A stretch of DNA of 63,612 nucleotides, the filler included, from Octopus bimaculoides (lineage: Eukaryota), in NCBI RefSeq assembly GCF_001194135.2. It is 7 parts of 7 records of this genome, joined end to end, with 100 filler letters (N's around TTAATTAATTAA, not from the genome) between each part and the next. Parts side by side here need not be neighbours in the genome. Positions count along the whole stretch, not along the records: positions 1 to 8,528 come from NW_026431050.1; positions 8,629 to 18,620 come from NC_069010.1; 5 more parts are not named here. One strand, given 5' to 3'. Shown here in pieces: positions 1-12,934 of this stretch. A model generated the notes under the pieces. It was not told the origin of the DNA and searched no databases. It saw only the letters and a list, made by a program, of their open reading frames with translations. A program made the translations under genes and the position numbers. Each line of letters opens with the position of its first letter. The first letter of the stretch is position 1.

Positions 1-1331
1 TATATGGTTAGTGTGTATGAAGCTCAGGTGTGTTTTTGATATCATACTAGAAGAGCAGGTAGATATGTCAGGTGTTTAAAGATTGATTACTTGGCAAAAA
101 CATTATAATGTTTACAAGACTATCGCTGTTGCAGGATCTAATCACTCGACTGACATGCAGAAAAACAATTATTATATTATGTGTTTCTGTTAATATCAAA
201 TTTATAAACTTTTGTTTATGAATCTTGGCTGCATATTTTCTGTTGGCGCGTATATTTCTATGCATGCACGCACATACATACATACATACATACATACATA
301 CATACATACATGCATACATACACACACACATATACATACATATAGATAGACATACATACATACATGCACACATATATATATTTTAACATTCTAAACAATG
401 CTAACACGATTGCATTTCCAGATATAAGCATCCAGATTAAAAACGGCAGATTACTTCAGTTTACAGAAAAGACACAAACAAATGTCTTTTGAGGTCGATG
501 CCTACATCGAGATAGCAAATGCTTTACATAACTCTAAAATGTCAGTCGTAAAATCACTACTTTGGAGAGCATTTAAATTCTCTTCCAAAAATAAATGCTA
601 GATAATGAAATTTATATGAAAAAGCCAAGACTAATTAACAACGGATATTCGAACAGACTGGACGCCTAAGTTACAGATGAATATAGATAGAAATGCAATG
701 CAATAAATAAGTAAGATAACGTTCCTACTAAAAATATACATAATTAACACAAAGTGTATTGTATGTGTTAAATGCATGGAGTGCAGACGAACATATAATC
801 AAGTATCTCATGAAACGAAATACAAAATGCGGCACATCAAAACCATACTGATATATTACGGAAAACATTAGATCAAAACCATCGTTAACTACATACCACA
901 AGCGCTTAAAAACGTAATGAAAGTTAAAAAATAAAATAAAAAAGCAAAGAAATAATTGAAAGAATGACCAAATGTAATTTAAAACTTGACGGTAAAAGTG
1001 AAAGCTGTAAACATCATGGCTCCAACTGTTACATAGGTCAGACATCTACAACAATGTCTCGTAAGATCAACATGCATTTAAAACAGGGAACAATTGCCAC
1101 TCACTATACTACAGACCATAAAGCAAAGTTAGGGAAATAATTAGCAGAAAATGATTCCATGCTTTGTAGAATTTTTCGCAGAAACAGAAAATCGATTCTG
1201 TAATCAATACTAAAATAGCAATAAAATATTGCTATTTGGCAGAATCGTTAAGACACTGGACCAAATGCTAAAAGGCATTCCTCCTGGTTTGAGGTTCTGA
1301 GTTTAAATTCTGCCGAGGTAAACTTTGATTT

Positions 1332-1494
1332 AGGCGCAGGCGTAGCTGCATGGTAAGAGGATTGCTTCGTATTCGAATGGGTCTGGGTTCAATCCCATTG
1401 CTTGGAACCCTGGGGAAGTGTCTTCTACTATAGCTGCAGGCTGACCAAAGCCTTGTCAGTGGATCTGGAAGAAAGAAACTGAAAGAAGCCCGTC
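1332..1494 (+). mobile_element. tRNA-derived SINE head (family A, with a CORE-like CCTTGGGCAAGTGTCTT domain)
   Basis: AGGCGCAGGCGTAGCTGCATGGTAAG (A-box-like) and GGTTCAATCCC (B-box-like); many related copies in the window. Confidence 0.8.
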
Positions 1495-1514
1495 TTATAT
1501 GTGTATATATATAC

Positions 1515-1680
1515 ACGACGGACTTCTTCCAGTTCACGTCTACCAAATCCACTCACAAAGCTTTGGTCGGTCCGAGGCTATAGTAGAAGACTCTTGCTCA
1601 AGGTGCCCCGCATTGGGACTGAACCCCGGGCCCATGTGGTTGGGAAGCAAGCTTCGTACCACACAGCCACGCCTGCACCT
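1515..1680 (-). mobile_element. SINE family A copy, inverted relative to 1332-1494
   Basis: Reverse complement of the family A head. Further minus-strand copies lie at ~9012-9165, 9838-9995, 10762-10922, 17871-18036 and 51572-51731. Confidence 0.85.
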
Positions 1681-1757
1681 ATGTATACATTTCATTAATA
1701 TTTAGCAGAAGTAACAAAGTGACTCGAGGACCGAGAGTTTTTTGCATACGCACTTAT

Positions 1758-1789
<32 letters not shown>

Positions 1790-2005
1790 CACACACATAT
1801 ATATACACACACACACACACATATATATGTGTTTATATATATACATACATAAATATATAATACATGTATCATGTAAGTATGAATGTATGTACACATGCAT
1901 ATATACATATCTGTATTCATGCGCACGGTAATACACATGCATATACATATATAGTTATATATGTAGACAAAGATATAATTTTGTATGTCTATCTATATGT
2001 ATGTA

Positions 2006-2038
<33 letters not shown>

Positions 2039-2137
2039 ATGTATGTATGTATGTGTGTGTATCTATGCTTGTCAATAATTTTTATGACCTCAAGAGAAAC
2101 ATCACGTCGAACGTATCACAATACATACATATGTGTT

Positions 2138-2171
<34 letters not shown>

Positions 2172-2681
2172 CATATATATATATTCTTTTACGTCTGATT
2201 GCGGTCATACTGGAGCACCACCTTTTCGTCGAACAAATCGTCCTCATGACTTATCTTTTAAACCTAGTACTTAACATATCGAAACTCCGAGTAACAGTTT
2301 TTGTGATTTTTCTGCTTCTTTTAATAAACTATATATATATGTGTGTATGTATACTTACATATATTATATATATTTATACATATATATATCGATAACCTTT
2401 CTTCGTATAGGGGAAAAACCTGAAAATTTGCGAATAGGAGGTAGTCGATGTAATCGACCCCTTCAGACTGGTACTTATTTTATTAAACCCCGAAAGGATG
2501 AAAAACAAAATCCAACTCGCTGGAATTTGAAACCAGAACGTAAAGACGAGCGAAAACAAATGCTAAGCATTTTCTCCGACGTGCTAACTATTTGCAACCT
2601 CGTTGCCTTAGATAAACACACATACAGAGTCTCACACACATGTATATCGATGTATTTATAGATGTATGTATATGCATATAG

Positions 2682-2726
<45 letters not shown>

Positions 2727-2859
2727 TATGTACATATATATGTATATATATGTGTGTATGCATATATATATAATATGCATGAATACACGCAGTATCCCAT
2801 GTAATATGTATACACATATTGAATGATTATATAGTCAAGGTTTATTAAATTACATTTCA

Positions 2860-3905
2860 TTTTCAAAATTTAATAGAATCAACAAACAGTTTAATTTTTT
2901 TATGAACGCGTGCTTTGAAATTAATGGCTGTTTTGGTACAGGCTCTGCTGACAATGCAAAGCAATTATATTGCAAGTTTCATGGAACATTTGGTTCGGCT
3001 TTTTTGCTCATTGTCTTCCAAAGGCTGCCCTGAATTCTTCGACTGTTTCCGGTTTTGCACCGTAAGCTTTATCTTTTAAGTATCCCCATAAAAATAAAAT
3101 CTAATGGTGTGTGGGCTGGCCCTTTTCACCCACTCCATCTCATCATGTAAGCCCTTATATTACAAAGGTAATATGGGGCTGTCCCACCTTGCTAGAAATA
3201 AAACTCTACATCTTCAAATCTAAGTTTTCTGAAGGGCCTGGCATGACATTACCACAGCAAGTTAAAGTAAACAGAATCAATCACATTACCCCTAATTGTC
3301 CACTTAATCCATTTGTTGATAAGGTACACCTGGTAACACCTGGTTAATTAACATAATGCTCCCCCGCAAGACGGTGAGCTGGCAGAATCGTTACCGCGCT
3401 GGACAAATGGCTTAACAGCATTTCGTCCATCTTTGCATTCTGTGTTCAAATTCTACCGACGTCGACTTCGCCTTTCATCCTTTCAGAGTCGATAAAATGA
3501 TTACCAGTTGCCTTCTGTAGTCGATGTATTCGACAGACCCCCACTACCCCCCAATGTGCTGGCCTTATGCCAAAATTTGGAACCGACATTGTTTTTCAGT
3601 AATATGCAAAGTTTCAGGTTCCCAGAAAGTGGAACCGCCGCAGTAAATCGAGGCGTTTGATTTCAATGTGGCGTCACCACTTCAGAGAATGCTTGTTGGA
3701 AAGTGTGCATCTTCTATACATTTTTCTAAGTACCACTCGCGAAACTTCCATCTTTGGCCTGGATCATCCTACAAGAGCATGGAATATTCCTGGAATGAAA
3801 CTTTTCCAATGATAGGGCTTCAATATACGATGGACATTGGCTTTTGAAATTTCAATCTTATCACTCGCCACACAGATTCTTTTCAACAATGACAATATGT
3901 CATTT
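2860..3905 (-). mobile_element. Decayed Tc1/mariner transposase of maT/DD37D type, interrupted by a SINE at ~3368-3590
   Basis: Frameshifted minus-strand translation gives IEISKANVHRILK, DDPGQRWKFREWYLEKCIEDAHFPTSIL*SGDATLKSN, FYF*QGGTAPYY and TPLDF.FLWGYLKDKAYGAKPETVEEFRAAF. The 5' part runs into an N-gap. Confidence 0.75.
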
Positions 3906-3938
<33 letters not shown>

Positions 3939-5190
3939 NNNNNNNNNNNNNNNNNNNNNNNNNNNNNNNNNNNNNNNNNNNNNNNNNNNNNNNNNNNNNN
4001 NNNNNNNNNNNNNNNNNNNNNNNNNNNNNNNNNNNNNNNNNNNNNNNNNNNNNNNNNNNNNNNNNNNNNNNNNNNNNNNNNNNNNNNNNNNNNNNNNNNN
4101 NNNNNNNNNNNNNNNNNNNNNNNNNNNNNNNNNNNNNNNNNNNNNNNNNNNNNNNNNNNNNNNNNNNNNNNNNNNNNNNNNNNNNNNNNNNNNNNNNNNN
4201 NNNNNNNNNNNNNNNNNNNNNNNNNNNNNNNNNNNNNNNNNNNNNNNNNNNNNNNNNNNNNNNNNNNNNNNNNNNNNNNNNNNNNNNNNNNNNNNNNNNN
4301 NNNNNNNNNNNNNNNNNNNNNNNNNNNNNNNNNNNNNNNNNNNNNNNNNNNNNNNNNNNNNNNNNNNNNNNNNNNNNNNNNNNNNNNNNNNNNNNNNNNN
4401 NNNNNNNNNNNNNNNNNNNNNNNNNNNNNNNNNNNNNNNNNNNNNNNNNNNNNNNNNNNNNNNNNNNNNNNNNNNNNNNNNNNNNNNNNNNNNNNNNNNN
4501 NNNNNNNNNNNNNNNNNNNNNNNNNNNNNNNNNNNNNNNNNNNNNNNNNNNNNNNNNNNNNNNNNNNNNNNNNNNNNNNNNNNNNNNNNNNNNNNNNNNN
4601 NNNNNNNNNNNNNNNNNNNNNNNNNNNNNNNNNNNNNNNNNNNNNNNNNNNNNNNNNNNNNNNNNNNNNNNNNNNNNNNNNNNNNNNNNNNNNNNNNNNN
4701 NNNNNNNNNNNNNNNNNNNNNNNNNNNNNNNNNNNNNNNNNNNNNNNNNNNNNNNNNNNNNNNNNNNNNNNNNNNNNNNNNNNNNNNNNNNNNNNNNNNN
4801 NNNNNNNNNNNNNNNNNNNNNNNNNNNNNNNNNNNNNNNNNNNNNNNNNNNNNNNNNNNNNNNNNNNNNNNNNNNNNNNNNNNNNNNNNNNNNNNNNNNN
4901 NNNNNNNNNNNNNNNNNNNNNNNNNNNNNAAACGATATATATATATATTCTCCTATTCTTGTACACGTTTCAGACAGTGAATGCACCCATGCTGGAGCAA
5001 TCCCTTGAAGGATTTTAGTCGAAGAATTCGACCCTTGGACTTATTCTCTGTAAGCTTTGTACTTATTCTATCGTTCTCTTTTGCCGAACTGCTAAACTAC
5101 GAGGATATAAACACACCAACACCGGTAGCCAAACGCTGATGGGGGAACAAACACAGACACAAAGGCCCACATACATAGATTTACACACAC

Positions 5191-5234
<44 letters not shown>

Positions 5235-5371
5235 GCAATTACGCTCATACATAAAATCTTTTAGCTCTTATTTTTTACCTTTTTCAGTAATTGGACTACA
5301 GTCACGCTGTATGTATGTATGTATGGCTGTATGCTTGTATGTATGTATGGTTGTATGTATGTATGTGTTGT

Positions 5372-5422
<51 letters not shown>

Positions 5423-5715
5423 TGTATGTGCGTATCTAGGATACAAAGGATAAAACTATAGAAGGGGTTTTATGAAAGGCCAGTAGCTAGCCATGCATAC
5501 ACGACTCCCCCCACTACTGCACCGAAATTTTACCAGGGATAGGCAAGATTCCAATATCTTCGGGCATCGCCTCGTTGAAGTCAGTGCCGTCAGATGGTTA
5601 ACCGCCGGAAGAATGCCTCAACTCTTCTCTTCCGATTTTCTATCAATAACGTCTGTTCACTGGTCTCAATTGGTACTTATCGATCCTCAAAAGAAAGAAA
5701 AGTAAAGTGGACCTA

Positions 5716-5753
<38 letters not shown>

Positions 5754-6297
5754 TCTCTNNNNNNNNNNNNNNNNNNNNNNNNNNNNNNNNNNNNNNNNNN
5801 NNNNNNNNNNNNNNNNNNNNNNNNNNNNNNNNNNNNNNNNNNNNNNNNNNNNNNNNNNNNNNNNNNNNNNNNNNNNNNNNNNNNNNNNNNNNNNNNNNNN
5901 NNNNNNNNNNNNNNNNNNNNNNNNNNNNNNNNNNNNNNNNNNNNNNNNNNNNNNNNNNNNNNNNNNNNNNNNNNNNNNNNNNNNNNNNNNNNNNNNNNNN
6001 NNNNNNNNNNNNNNNNNNNNNNNNNNNNNNNNNNNNNNNNNNNNNNNNNNNNNNNNNNNNNNNNNNNNNNNNNNNNNNNNNNNNNNNNNNNNNNNNNNNN
6101 NNNNNNNNNNNNNNATATATATATATATAGGGGTGCCACACTTAAGTGGCAATATACTACACTTTATCGTGCAGTTACTGTTAATACTTCATTTAGAGAA
6201 TTAACATTGCTTATATATATATACATATATATGTATATTTATAAACATATATATATATATGCCTACATACGAAAATATACAAATCTATATGCATTGT

Positions 6298-6344
<47 letters not shown>

Positions 6345-6675
6345 TATATATATAATGTATATACATCATATATATTATATGTAATTATGTAATATATAAT
6401 ATGTATATATATATACATATACATACATATGTATGTATATATATATGTGCGTGTGTGTGTATATATATATATGAATGATATAAGCATGTGCATTTGTATA
6501 TTATACGTACACACACACGCACACACGCACACAGACATTAGATAGGCAACCGATATACGTGTCACTGATAACCAAGGATAATTCACAGATCGCGGATTTT
6601 CAACTGATTTCCTTCTCAGCTTTGCACATTGTTTTATCTCCAGAACGTTTATTTATTTATTTATCCTCAAACAGC

Positions 6676-6706
<31 letters not shown>

Positions 6707-7734
6707 ATATATAAATATACACACATACATTCACATATCTGTCTCAGTATGTCCATCAATCTACCTATCTGTCTGTATGTGTGTACGTGTATATATATAC
6801 ATGTATATATGCGTGTGTTTGTGTTTGTGTTTGTCCATATACACATATATACATGTTTGTATATATAGCTACTTTTCGTAATGAAAATTTGGCTGAAATG
6901 TTTCAAAAAAGCTTAACAGAAAGCTATGTTTCTTATTGCACGCGCTAAAAAATTCAAACGTTTGGTTCTGTTAACGTCCATCTTATTCTTCAATTTGGCG
7001 CCGAATTTTCCATAAAATAAATAAGTTGCTTCGTTTCTCCAATTGCTTGAGGAATCTCTATTTACGAACAGTTAACATTAAAAAATACATTAATACATAC
7101 ATAGACATATATATACATACAGAATTTTTTTTTCTATATGTCAAGAAAAAAAGAGTTAATTATTTGGATAATAATTTATGTAGCGATTTCTAAACTGCTG
7201 AAAGTGCTAAATACATAATCAACCAAAATTCTGATTACCTCCTTTTTCTTAATATATGTACATACATACATATATACATACATATATATATATACAAAAA
7301 CGCACGCACGCACACACACACATATAGATATGTATAGATATATTTATATATGTTGTTCTTGATTAGAATGGATATCTTTTTATTCTTATACAAGTGAACA
7401 TTTTAAGCGTTTCNNNNNNNNNNNNNNNNNNNNNNNNNNNNNNNNNNNNNNNNNNNNNNNNNNNNNNNNNNNNNNNNNNNNNNNNNNNNNNNNNNNNNNN
7501 NNNNNNNNNNNNNNNNNNNNNNNNNNNNNNNNNNNNNNNNNNNNNNNNNNNNNNNNNNNNNNNNNNNNNNNNNNNNNNNNNNNNNNNNNNNNNNNNNNNN
7601 NNNNNNNNNNNNNNNNNNNNNNNNNNNNNNNNNNNNNNNNNNNNNNNNNNNNNNNNNNNNNNNNNNNNNNNNNNNNNNNNNNNNNNNNNNNNNNNNNNNN
7701 NNNNNNNNNNNNNNNNNNNNNNNNNNNNNNNNNA

Positions 7735-7766
<32 letters not shown>

Positions 7767-8528
7767 CAAAAACGCACGCACGCACACACACACATATAGA
7801 TATGTATAGATATATTTATATATGTTGTTCTTGATTAGAATGGATATCTTTTTATTCTTATACAAGTGAACATTTTAAGCGTTTCCTTATACACTGACTG
7901 TATTGGATATTGTCTAACTTCGGTTATTTCCTGGTGAAGATTTTACGGAAGATAAAAATATTTTGAGGGTAAGGAGAATTAACTATTCCTTTTATTAAAA
8001 AGAATATATATATTTATATACGTGCAGATAAACAAGTACATTCGCGAAATCGCATAGATACATCAGTATAATATATACTGACATACACTTATATATATAT
8101 ATTCATACAAACACACATATGTATAATATCCAAGCAGGTATATATATATATATATATATACATGTATATATATGTTTGCTTGCGATTGTCTCTATGTATT
8201 TGTGTTTGGATTTATACTTTGTTTTTCGTAATTAATTGAAAATTTGGCTGAAATATTTTAAAAAGCTTAGCAGTAAAGCACCAAAGAGGTAGGAAACTTA
8301 TTATTATAGGCACTAACAAATCCAAACGTTTGGATGGATATGTAAGATATGTAATGCTTACAAATAAGCATCGTGGTTATGTAGAACTCAATACAAAAAA
8401 ACTAAAGCATTATAACAATAATTTATAAAACGAGATTGAAGTTTTAGTAAGATAGAATATCCCTATTACATGCTTACGTATACTTAAATAACTGAAACAT
8501 GTAAAAAACTAAAACGATATATATATAT

Positions 8529-8628
8529 NNNNNNNNNNNNNNNNNNNNNNNNNNNNNNNNNNNNNNNNNNNNTTAATTAATTAANNNNNNNNNNNNNNNN
8601 NNNNNNNNNNNNNNNNNNNNNNNNNNNN
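8529..8628. other. Assembly gap placeholder: 44 N + TTAATTAATTAA + 44 N
   Basis: The same 12-mer (stop codons in all six frames) sits inside N runs at 8573-8584, 18665-18676, 34578-34589, 37522-37533, 51490-51501 and 62352-62363. It is a scaffolding spacer, not genomic sequence. Confidence 0.95.
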
Positions 8629-8677
8629 ATATATATGGCAAATGAAAGATGACTACCATTCATTTTATTATCCATTA

Positions 8678-8720
<43 letters not shown>

Positions 8721-9696
8721 AGGTTTTTAAACTTTTAAATATTCATATTCAAAAGAGACAGAATATGAATATTTATTTATTTATTTATTTATGTGTTTCA
8801 GCCAAGTGGCTGCGGTCATGCTGGTGCACCACCGTGAGTATGGGTATGAATATTTAAAAGTTTAAAAACCTTATAATATAAATATAAACCGTGAGAACGA
8901 CCCTTAAGGAATCTAGTTAATGATCCCTTAAGGTAAGTTCTTATGCTATATTGGTAATGGTTGCAACATCCTCTGGAAAAATTATTATATATATACATAT
9001 ATATATATATATACACAACAGGCTTCTTTCAATTTCCGTCTGCCAAATTCACTCACAAGTCTTTGGTTGACCGAGGCTATAGTAGAAGACTCTTGCCCAA
9101 GGTGCCACACAATAGGACTGAACTTGGAACCATGTGGTTGCGAAAGAAGCTTCTACTACACTCACCTATACACACACATAGTTATAAACAGACATATCAG
9201 GAAGAAGCTCACTCCAAAGAATAGAGCAATAATTATTACAACACACTTTTATATCTTGGACATAGAGTTACCCAGGGTATCGCATCGACAAAGCAGAGCC
9301 TTGCGGACAGCTCGTCAGACTCTATATAAATATAAAATTTATAATATCTACATTGCAGACGTGAGGAAACGCTCGGTACTCGAGGAATACGTATTTACAA
9401 AAAAAAAAAACGTTAATGANNNNNNNNNNNNNNNNNNNNNNNNNNNNNNNNNNNNNNNNNNNNNNNNNNNNNNNNNNNNNNNNNNNNNNNNNNNNNNNNN
9501 NNNNNNNNNNNNNNNNNNNTGGGGTTAGTAGCCCGCGCTCTTAACCACTACGCCATATGCCCATGGGCAGTTATGGAGTGAATATTTAGGGCTTACAAAT
9601 CTAATATTTTCCTGTTCTTCTTTAATACCGGTTCCCATATGTTTTCCATATCCAAGATCGATTCCAGGCAGTGACCTGAATAATAACAATAATAAT

Positions 9697-9830
9697 AATA
9701 ATAACAAGAACATCGAAAAATACCTTCGGAATGAAAACCCAGGTTCGAAATTTCCCCCAAGATACTTGATGAAGGCTGGAGGGTATATCAGCTGAAACGT
9801 TGTGTTAACAACAAACAATATGACGACAAT
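9697..9830 (+). mobile_element. Putative Penelope-like pLTR fragment with a hammerhead-like motif
   Basis: ATAC-TTGATGA-A-GGCTGgagggtatatCAGCT-GAAACGTT-GTGT arrangement. The PLE origin is inferred from the motif. Confidence 0.55.
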
Positions 9831-11156
9831 ATACATATATACGACAGGCTTCTTTCAGTTTCCGTCTACCAAATCCACTCACAAGGCTTTGGTCGGCCCG
9901 AGGCTATAGTAGAAGACACTTGCCCAAGGTGCCATGCAGTGGGAACGAACCCAGAACCGTGTGGTTGGTAAGCAAGCGACTTACCACACAGCCATTTGGC
10001 TGGTACTTATTTTATTGATCCCCGAAAGAATGAAAGGCAAAGTCAACCTNNNNNNNNNNNNNNNNNNNNNNNNNNNNNNNNNNNNNNNNNNNNNNNNNNN
10101 NNNNNNNNNNNNNNNNNNNNNNNNNNNNNNNNNNNNNNNNNNNNNNNNNNNNNNNNNNNNNNNNNNNNNNNNNNNNNNNNNNNNNNNNNNNNNNNNNNNN
10201 NNNNNNNNNNNNNNNNNNNNNNNNNNNNNNNNNNNNNNNNNNNNNNNNNNNNNNNNNNNNNNNNNNNNNNNNNNNNNNNNNNNNNNNNNNNNNNNNNNNN
10301 NNNNNNNNNNNNNNNNNNNNNNNNNNNNNNNNNNNNNNNNNNNNNNNNNNNNNNNNNNNNNNNNNNNNNNNNNNNNNNNNNNNNNNNNNNNNNNNNNNNN
10401 NNNNNNNNNNNNNNNNNNNNNNNNNNNNNNNNNNNNNNNNNNNNNNNNNNNNNNNNNNNNNNNNNNNNNNNNNNNNNNNNNNNNNNNNNNNNNNNNNNNN
10501 NNNNNNNNNNNNNNNNNNNNNNNNNNNNNNNNNNNNNNNNNNNNNNNNNNNNNNNNNNNNNNNNNNNNNNNNNNNNNNNNNNNNNNNNNNNNNNNNNNNN
10601 NNNNNNNNNNNNNNNNNNNNNNNNNNNNNNNNNNNNNNNNNNNNNNNNNNNNNNNNNNNNNNNNNNNNNNNNNNNNNNNNNNNNNNNNNNNNNNNNNNNN
10701 NNNNNNNNNNNNNNNNNNNNNNNNNNNNNNNNNNNNNNNNNNNNNNNNNNNNCAATATACATATATACGACAGGCTTCTTTCAGTTTCCGTCTACCAAAT
10801 CCACTCACAAGGCTTTGGTCGGCCCGAGGCTATAGTAGAAGACACTTGCCCAAGGTGCCATGCAGTGGGAACGAACCCAGAACCGTGTGGTTGGTAAGCA
10901 AGCGACTTACCACACAGCCATTTGGCTGGTACTTATTTTATTGATCCCCGAAAGAATGAAAGGCAAAGTCAACCTTGGTGGCATTTGAACTCAGAGCTTC
11001 AAGACGGATGAAATGCTGCCAAGCATTTTGCCTGGGGTTGATCGTGATTCTGCCAGCTCACCATCTTACATTATTGAATGTTGTTTGTTAAATATTTGCT
11101 GTTAAATGTCTAAATGTTAAAACTGTCTATGTGTCTTCTCTCTGTCTATATTCCAG

Positions 11157-11210
11157 ACGTTACAAGCTCTTCACCAGATCAAACAGATGTTGTCCCAGAT
11201 GCACTCCATT
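11157..11210 (+). CDS. MYBBP1A: MYBBP1A internal exon (TLQALHQIKQMLSQMHSI), phase 0-0
   Basis: Acceptor tctatattccag and donor ATT|gtaaga; 54 nt open; joins the next exon in frame. The assignment rests on the phase chain with the downstream exons. Confidence 0.75.
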
Positions 11211-11810
11211 GTAAGACTCTGTATTTTTTATTCCTTAGAGATATATATATGTGTGTGTGTGTGTGTGGGTGGGTATGAATGAAAGAACATGTAAGGGGTT
11301 TGCAGTGTATTTGCTTGCAATGGCAGAATATATTCTCATCATCACCAACATCATCATTAACATTTGTCTTCTGTGCTGACATGGGCGGAATGGAACTGGC
11401 AAGTCTAAGAGCTGTACCAGGCTCCATTTATCTGTTCTGGCAGGGTTTCTACAGCCGGGTGCCCTTCTTAATGCCAACCGTTTTAACAGAGTGCACAGAG
11501 GGTGCTTTTTACACAGCAGAGGACAAGTTGATTACATTGATCCCAGTGCGCCACTGGTACTTATTTCATTGATCCTGAAAGGTTGAAACGCAAGGTTGAC
11601 CTTGATGAAACTGCATGACCCCAGGGTGGTGAAAGCTGCATGTTGGGTTATCACAGTGGAAGCTTGGAGTAAAAATAGATTAATGAAATAATTAGATCAT
11701 CATCATAGCCATCACCATCATCATCGTCATCACCACCACGACCACTATCATTATCACCACCACCATCGTCATCATCATTGTCATTGATGTTTGTTTTGTG
11801 TTTCCACCAG

Positions 11811-11918
11811 AAAACTGACCAATCAGAAAGCAAGAATATATATGCCTTTGAGATCCTGCTCACCTACCTGGCCCTACAGGTGTTTTGTGACCCACAGAAC
11901 TGCCTCGATGTCATTCAG
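11811..11918 (+). CDS. MYBBP1A: MYBBP1A exon (KTDQSESKNIYAFEILLTYLALQVFCDPQNCLDVIQ), phase 0-0
   Basis: Acceptor tttccaccag and donor CAG|gtaagc. AFEILLTYLALQVFCDP resembles the AFQHLLLLVGIHLLKSP segment of vertebrate MYBBP1A (recalled sequence). Confidence 0.88.
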
Positions 11919-12420
11919 GTAAGCATTTCTCTCTCTCTCTCTTTCTCTAACCATGACCGTCACTCACAAGTAAGTATGACCTGGTACCACGTACCACTCT
12001 TTCACTGATTGCTTTCTGGTACCTCCACCATTATGAGCAGACAGAAAACACCTTTTCCACTCACCTCACCTTTGACCCAGCTGTATATCTAAGATGTGAT
12101 ATACAAGGGGGAGAAGGATGTACTAGCATACTAATTTTCAGCTGAGATAGTTCATAGTTGTAATCGGAGGAAGCACTGAAAAGAGCAGTGTGTTCTGTTA
12201 GTGTTTTTGGTATTGGGTGTTTAGCTTGGCCCTTCTACAGAAGGACGAGGTTGTAACATTGAACCAGCATTCAGCTTTCACCCTTTAGCACTTAAACTCA
12301 CCATTTCTGCCCCAAATATTATTCCTGTTTTATTTTCAAACTGACCAGATTCAGCCTCTTACACCTAGCCTACAATGTCATTGTTAAAATAGTCAGATCC
12401 TACCTCTCACAGCTACCCTA

Positions 12421-12704
12421 CAAAAGCTCCACGAGGTTCCGGCAGGGGATGGTGGCGAACCCTGCTGTACTCTTCCACCACAACTTTCTCTCACTCTTTC
12501 TTCCTGTTTCTGTTGTGCCTGTAATTCAAAGGGTCAGCCTTGTCACACTGTGTGTCACGCTGAATATCCCCCGAGAACTACGTTAAGAGTACACGTGTCT
12601 GTGGAGTGCTCGGCCACTTGCACGTTAATTTCACGAGCAGGCTGTTCCGTTGATCGGATCAACTGGAACCCTCGACGTCGGAAGCGACGGAGTGCCAACA
12701 AAAC
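12421..12704 (+). mobile_element. 5'-truncated SINE family D copy, intronic in MYBBP1A
   Basis: Reverse complement of the 3' part of 58472-58858. Confidence 0.85.
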
Positions 12705-12754
12705 AGGCATTAAGTGTATATATATAAAATGTGTTTTATATTTTCTATTTCCAG

Positions 12755-12812
12755 GACAGTTTGTCTTGTTGTGAGAATGCTGTTAAAAAGAGGGTGAAAT
12801 CTTCAGAAGATG
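12755..12812 (+). CDS. MYBBP1A: MYBBP1A exon (DSLSCCENAVKKRVKSSED+G), phase 0-1
   Basis: Acceptor ttttctatttccag and donor ATG|gtgagt; phase fits both neighbours. Confidence 0.85.
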
Positions 12813-12934
12813 GTGAGTAACATGCTGTCTTGTTTTGTTTATGGCTTTGGAAAAGGCATGCATGCCACAACTTCCACCTTTCTTTCTTGTCCTTGTGATG
12901 TGATGGCAACAATGTCAGGATGTTGTTGTTGTTG

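Noticed and set aside
68-2866. Many [14 protein letters not shown] ORFs here and throughout the window
   Set aside because: Translations of dinucleotide and tetranucleotide microsatellites.
3764-5018. Long ORFs of 350-400 aa in the track (also at ~10000, 22000, 42000 and 54000)
   Set aside because: Made of X residues from N-gaps.
7270-7883. Apparent exact ~130-bp duplication on both sides of an N-gap
   Set aside because: Identical contig ends across a gap most likely reflect an unmerged overlap, not a real duplication. Long reads would settle it.
8573-8584. TTAATTAATTAA palindrome recurring six times
   Set aside because: Always centred in a 100-bp N block; it is a six-frame-stop scaffolding spacer.
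9250-9392. CpG-rich stretch as possible upstream MYBBP1A exons (RVTQGIASTKQS; DVRKRSVLEEY)
   Set aside because: The first frame hits a stop, the donors are weak, and the similarity is unconvincing.
9831-10975. Apparent exact ~220-bp duplication (SINE A plus SINE C piece) across the 10050-10752 gap
   Set aside because: Same unmerged-overlap signature.
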